Shown here: positions 59,250 through 64,000 of the stretch, one piece after another
Layout of the letters: every line of letters starts with the position of its first letter
Position numbering within the stretch: position 1 is the stretch's first letter
DNA from: Eledone cirrhosa
Taxonomy: Eukaryota
Assembly: GCA_964016885.1 (NCBI GenBank)
Contig: OZ024740.1
Span: 71,114,001 to 71,178,000, forward strand
DNA: 64,000 nucleotides
Direction: 5' to 3'
Translations under genes and position numbers: made by a program
Notes under the pieces: generated by a model
The model's input: only the letters and a program-made list of their open reading frames with translations
Told to the model about the DNA's origin: nothing
Databases searched by the model: none

Positions 59250-62200
59250 AAACCTTCCATTCTCTTAAACCTTACATTCTCGCTTAATTCTGTCATATTT
59301 TCATATTCTGTCGTATTTTCATAACAAAACAAATCACTCTTATATATTCCTTTAAATATATTTTGTTAAACTTGCTAAGTTTTACGCAAAACTTCGAGTG
59401 CCTATTTAAACTATTAACCTCTATGCTCCATCCCATCTTCTACCCCCTACCCATACATCATGCTGGTTCCTGCCCCCCCCCCCCCCTCCCTCTCTATGCA
59501 TATAAGATAAACCCTACCAAAATTAATCAAAATCGCCAACTCGCTATTTCTGGGATGGCTGTTCCTTCGGTATAAAGTAACGTTCAAATATTTTTCTCGA
59601 TTCTTCTCTCCATTCGAATCCATTCATTCAATCACTATTCTATGTCCTAATTTCACACTATATCATTTTTTCTCTAAAAATCATATTTTCCCTATCACCG
59701 CATTTTCTCTATTGTATTTTCTTAAACAAAACAAATCTTGTATTTTCGTTTATTGTTAAATTATGCCCAAAATACGGCGATCTTATCTTAAACCTTACAT
59801 TCTCGTTAACAACCCATCATCCCTCCCACCCGCCCCCACGCACCACCATTATTACGTGGACCAATCATAAGTCAGAGGCCCATACTATCGCTTAACTGGT
59901 TGCTTTTCGATATGATGGATGGACTACGGAATTCTGGAGAGTTGAAGAGAGAAAAATGTGGACGTTCAGCGACAATGCCAAAGATAAAGACAAATTCACC
60001 TCGTGGACGAGAATGCAAGCACTCCTCCTTGTTTCGGCCCAGGATGGCTAACATAACCCCCCCCCCCCCCCCCGCGCCCCACCGCTCCCACCCTCCAAAC
60101 GCAATCCAAAACTTCAGAGTTGGTACCATGAATGTAGGCACCTTAAAGGGTCGCTCTAACAAGGTTGTAGAAATGCTTGAACGTAAGGAGGTCGATGTTT
60201 GTTGTATTCAAGAGACCAGGTGGAGGGGAGGGTCTGCTAGATTCATCGTGGGTAAAGAACAATGCTATAAGCTTTTCTGGGTGGGAAATGACAATGGGTT
60301 GGGTGGGGTAGGAATCATGGTAGCAGAAAAGTGGGCAGATAAGATAATAGACGTAAATAGAGTGAATGACAGAATAATTAAAATAAGACTTGTCCTCAAT
60401 AAAACTACAGTGACAGTAATATCTGCGTACGCACCCCAATCCGGACTGCCCGGCGCTATAAAAGACAGATTCTACGAGACACTGATGCTCGCTACCTCCC
60501 AAATAACCGACAGTGACTATATAATTATTGCAGGCGACCTAAATGGTCACGTTGGACAACATTGTGACGGCTATGACGGAATCCATGGAGGCTATGGGTT
60601 CGGTACTAGAAATGAGGAAGGCTCCAGAATCCTGGAATTCTGCGACGCAAATAACTTAACTATCTGTAACACTAACTTCAAAAAACGAGACAATCACTTG
60701 ATCACCTATAGATCGGGGGAACACACAAGCCAGGTAGATTATATCCTTACCAGAAGACGTGACAGAGTGTCTGTTGTTAACACTAAATCCCTCCCCCATG
60801 AAGAATTCACCTCCCAACATAGACTGATAATTAGCGACCTCATAGTCAGGACGAGACGTACTAGACAGCGGAAGAGGACTATCCTCAGGAGAAAAATATG
60901 GAAGCTAAAGGACCCCATAGCCAGAAATAAATTTCAAAGCATATTACTTGACGCTTTCGACAGTAAGGAAGAGCAATTAGAGTCGTATAATATAGAGGAA
61001 CAGTGGGAATTCCTGAGAGCAAACCTGCTGACGGAGGCAGACGAAGTCTGTGGCTGGAGCAGGCCTGTAGGTGGGAGGAGAGTAACATGGTGGTGGAACA
61101 GTAAGGTGGAGGAGTCAATTAAGGCCAAAAAGCAGGCTTGGAAAGTATGGCGGGATGGGGGAAGTAGAGAAGACTATCAAGTGGCCAGGAGGGAAGCTAG
61201 GAGACAAGTGTACTTCGCAAGAAGGGAAGCAGAGGAAAGAAAGTTCAAGCATGTTCTACAACGTGAGGACCAAAAACGTGAGGTGTTCAGGATTGCCAGG
61301 CAATGTGTCAAGGAAAACCGTGATATTGTCGGGGAGAAGTGTGTACTTAACGATGATGGCATACTTGCCATCACCGACGCTGATAAGAAGGTAGCTTGGA
61401 AGTGTCACTACGAAAGGCTTCTAAATGAGGAGAACAAATGGGAGAAAGACAGTCTCTCCCACATCGACCCAATAGAGGGACCAGCAGTGTTAGTCGAGGG
61501 TAGTACAATAAGCAAGGCAATCAAAGATATGAAGACGGGTAAGGCGGCTGGTCCTTCGGAAATAGTTGCTGAGATGCTGAAGGCATCTGGTTCGGTGGGA
61601 CACACCATGGTCACCCGGATAGTTAACCAAGTCGTACAGAATGGGGTTGTTCCGAAGGACTGGCGTAGCAGCATCATCGTTAACTGCTATAAGGGAAAAG
61701 GAGATGCCCTAGATAGGAGTAACTATAGAGGCATTAAATTAATCGACCAGGTCATGAAGGTCACGGAAAAAGTAATAGCGCAACTAATCAGAGAGAGAAT
61801 TGATCTAGATGAAATGCAGTTCGGGTTTGTGTCAGGCAAAAGTACCACAGACGCTCTTTTCATCGTACGACAACTACAGGAGAAGTACCTAGCTAAAAGT
61901 AAACCCCTATACTTAGCTTTCGTCGACTTGGAGAAAGCCTTCGACAGAGTCCCCCGTTCCATTATCTGGTGGGCTCTTAGAAAACTAGGTGTTGACGAAT
62001 GGCTTGTGAGAGCTATACAAGCCATGTATAAAGAAACAGTCAGTAAGGTTAGAATTAACAACGAATATAGTGAAGAGTTTAGCGTAAAAGTTGGTGTCCA
62101 TCAGGGCTCTGTTCTTAGCCCCCTACTATTTATTATTGCCCTTCAGGCTATAACAGAGGAGTTCAAGACCGGCTGCCCATGGGAACTCCTATACGCAGAT

Positions 62201-63655
62201 GATCTAACGCTCATAGCTGAATCAATGACCGAACTAGAGAAGAAATTCCAAACATGGAAGCACGGCCTAGAATCAAAAGGCCTTAAAATTAACCTGGCTA
62301 AGACTAAAGTTCTAGTTTGTAGGAAAGAAAATAAGGCGGCGGTCCCTTCTGGGAAATGGCCATGCTCAGTGTGTAGGAAAGGCGTAGGTAGAAACTCCAT
62401 TTTATTGTCCCAAATGCAAAGTATGGGTGCATAAAAGATGTAGTGGGATCACAGGTAAGCTAACTAAGAACATAGATTTTACATGTGGCCGGTGCTCTGG
62501 TGCAATAAGTAGCAGCAAGTGCCCACAAAATACTAGCTCCTTCAACTGCGCAGAGGGTTCTATAGAAATAGTGGACAGCTTCCGTTACCTGGGTGACAAA
62601 ATCAGCAGTGGGGGAGGGTGCTCTGAAAGTACAGTAGCTAGAGTCAGAACTAGATGGAAAAAGTTCAGAGAGCTTATACCACTATTAGCCGCTAGAGGGT
62701 TCTCCCTAAAAATGAAAGGCAGGTTATACGATGCCTGCATACGAACAGCAATGCTGCATGGCAGTGAGACCTGGGCATTGTGTGCAGAGGATATACGCAG
62801 ACTAGAGAGGAACGAAGCTTGCATGCTCCGCTGGATGTGCAATAGTAATATACGTGAACGGCAAAGCATAAACGAACTAAGGAAAAAATTAGAAATAAGA
62901 GGGATCAGATGTTGTTTACTCGAGAGAAGGCTACGTTGGTACGGTCACGTGATGCGCATGAAAGACGACAGCTGTATAACAAAGTGCAGGGCAATAAAGA
63001 TAGACGGTAGCCACGGAGTAGGCAGACCCAGAAAAACCTGGGACGACATGATAAATTCCGACCTCACACGCTTACACCTCTCCAAGACAATGTCACTGGA
63101 CCGAGACCTTTGGCGGTACTCAGTAATAGAGAAGACCCGCCTTACCTAAATACAAAGTAAAAACCTACTACAGTCAGTAGGCATCTCTATCAAAACACAC
63201 CCCCGTCCCACCACCTCCACCCCATCCACACCGCCTCTTTCAATGTAAAGTTATGTTGGTCCCACAACATCCAGGCCGAAACAAATGAGATCGTGTAGGT
63301 GTCACGACAAAAAAACACACAGTCCACGCTGTAAATGTGGCCGTGTAGGCAACACGGTAAAAACCTCCCAGCGCCACACTGTAAATGTGGTTGGTGTTAG
63401 GAAGGGCATCCAGCTGTAGAAAACCCGCCAGACAGTCCACGCTGTAATGTGGCCGTGTAGCCAACACAGTAAAAACCTTCCAGCCCCACACTGTAAATGT
63501 GGTTGGTGTTAGGAAGGGCATCCAGCTGTAGAAAACCCGCCAGACAGTCCTATGCGAGCAAGACAACCACTCTTGCCTTAAGTGGGAAAACCCCCGTCCA
63601 AACCCATGCAATCGTGGAACACGGACGCTAAACCTGATGATGATGATGATGATGA
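59250..63655 (+). mobile_element. Full-length RTE family A element with a single 1-nt frameshift (~62406); 5' boundary approximate
   Basis: ORFs 59900-62434 and 62427-63149. It reads ttttattgtccc where other copies read ttttatgtccc. The duplicated 3' UTR module matches the copy at 496-4132, and a (GAT)n tail follows. Confidence 0.93.
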
Positions 63656-63656
63656 A

Positions 63657-63763
<107 letters not shown>

Positions 63764-63777
63764 TGTATGTATGTATG

Positions 63778-63814
<37 letters not shown>

Positions 63815-64000
63815 GGTGTTAGGAAGGAAGAAAACCTGCCAGACAGTCCTATACAAGTGAGACACGGTCTCCCGACCAATCTTGCCTCAAGTAGGACAAT
63901 TCCCATCTAAACCCATGCTAGTGTGGAAGATAGACATTAAACGATGATGATGATGATATATATATATATATATAACCCCATATATTCCTCAACTAGAGGA

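Overview
AT-rich, microsatellite-laden animal genomic DNA; the repeat landscape suggests a cephalopod (Octopus-like), which is an inference only. The window is mostly intronic. Eight small + strand exons (19086-57618) splice in frame into a divergent SLC5A8/SLC5A5/SLC5A12-type sodium:solute symporter. The introns are packed with mobile DNA. There are at least three families of RTE-clade LINEs, including one copy with an intact 1076-aa ORF. They carry a C4HC3 PHD finger inserted inside the reverse transcriptase, end in (GAT)n tails and sit mostly in (TA)n microsatellites. A complete Ty3/gypsy-like LTR element is nested in one RTE copy, with a 5-bp TSD, a -1 frameshift signal and a non-canonical primer site matching nt 1-12 of tRNA-Phe. 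Also present are Penelope-like remnants with minimal type I hammerhead ribozymes, several 150-400 bp fold-back palindromes, tRNA-derived SINEs sharing a tail with a LINE partner, MITEs, Tx1 and CR1 fragments, and a homogeneous 45-bp satellite of 47 units.
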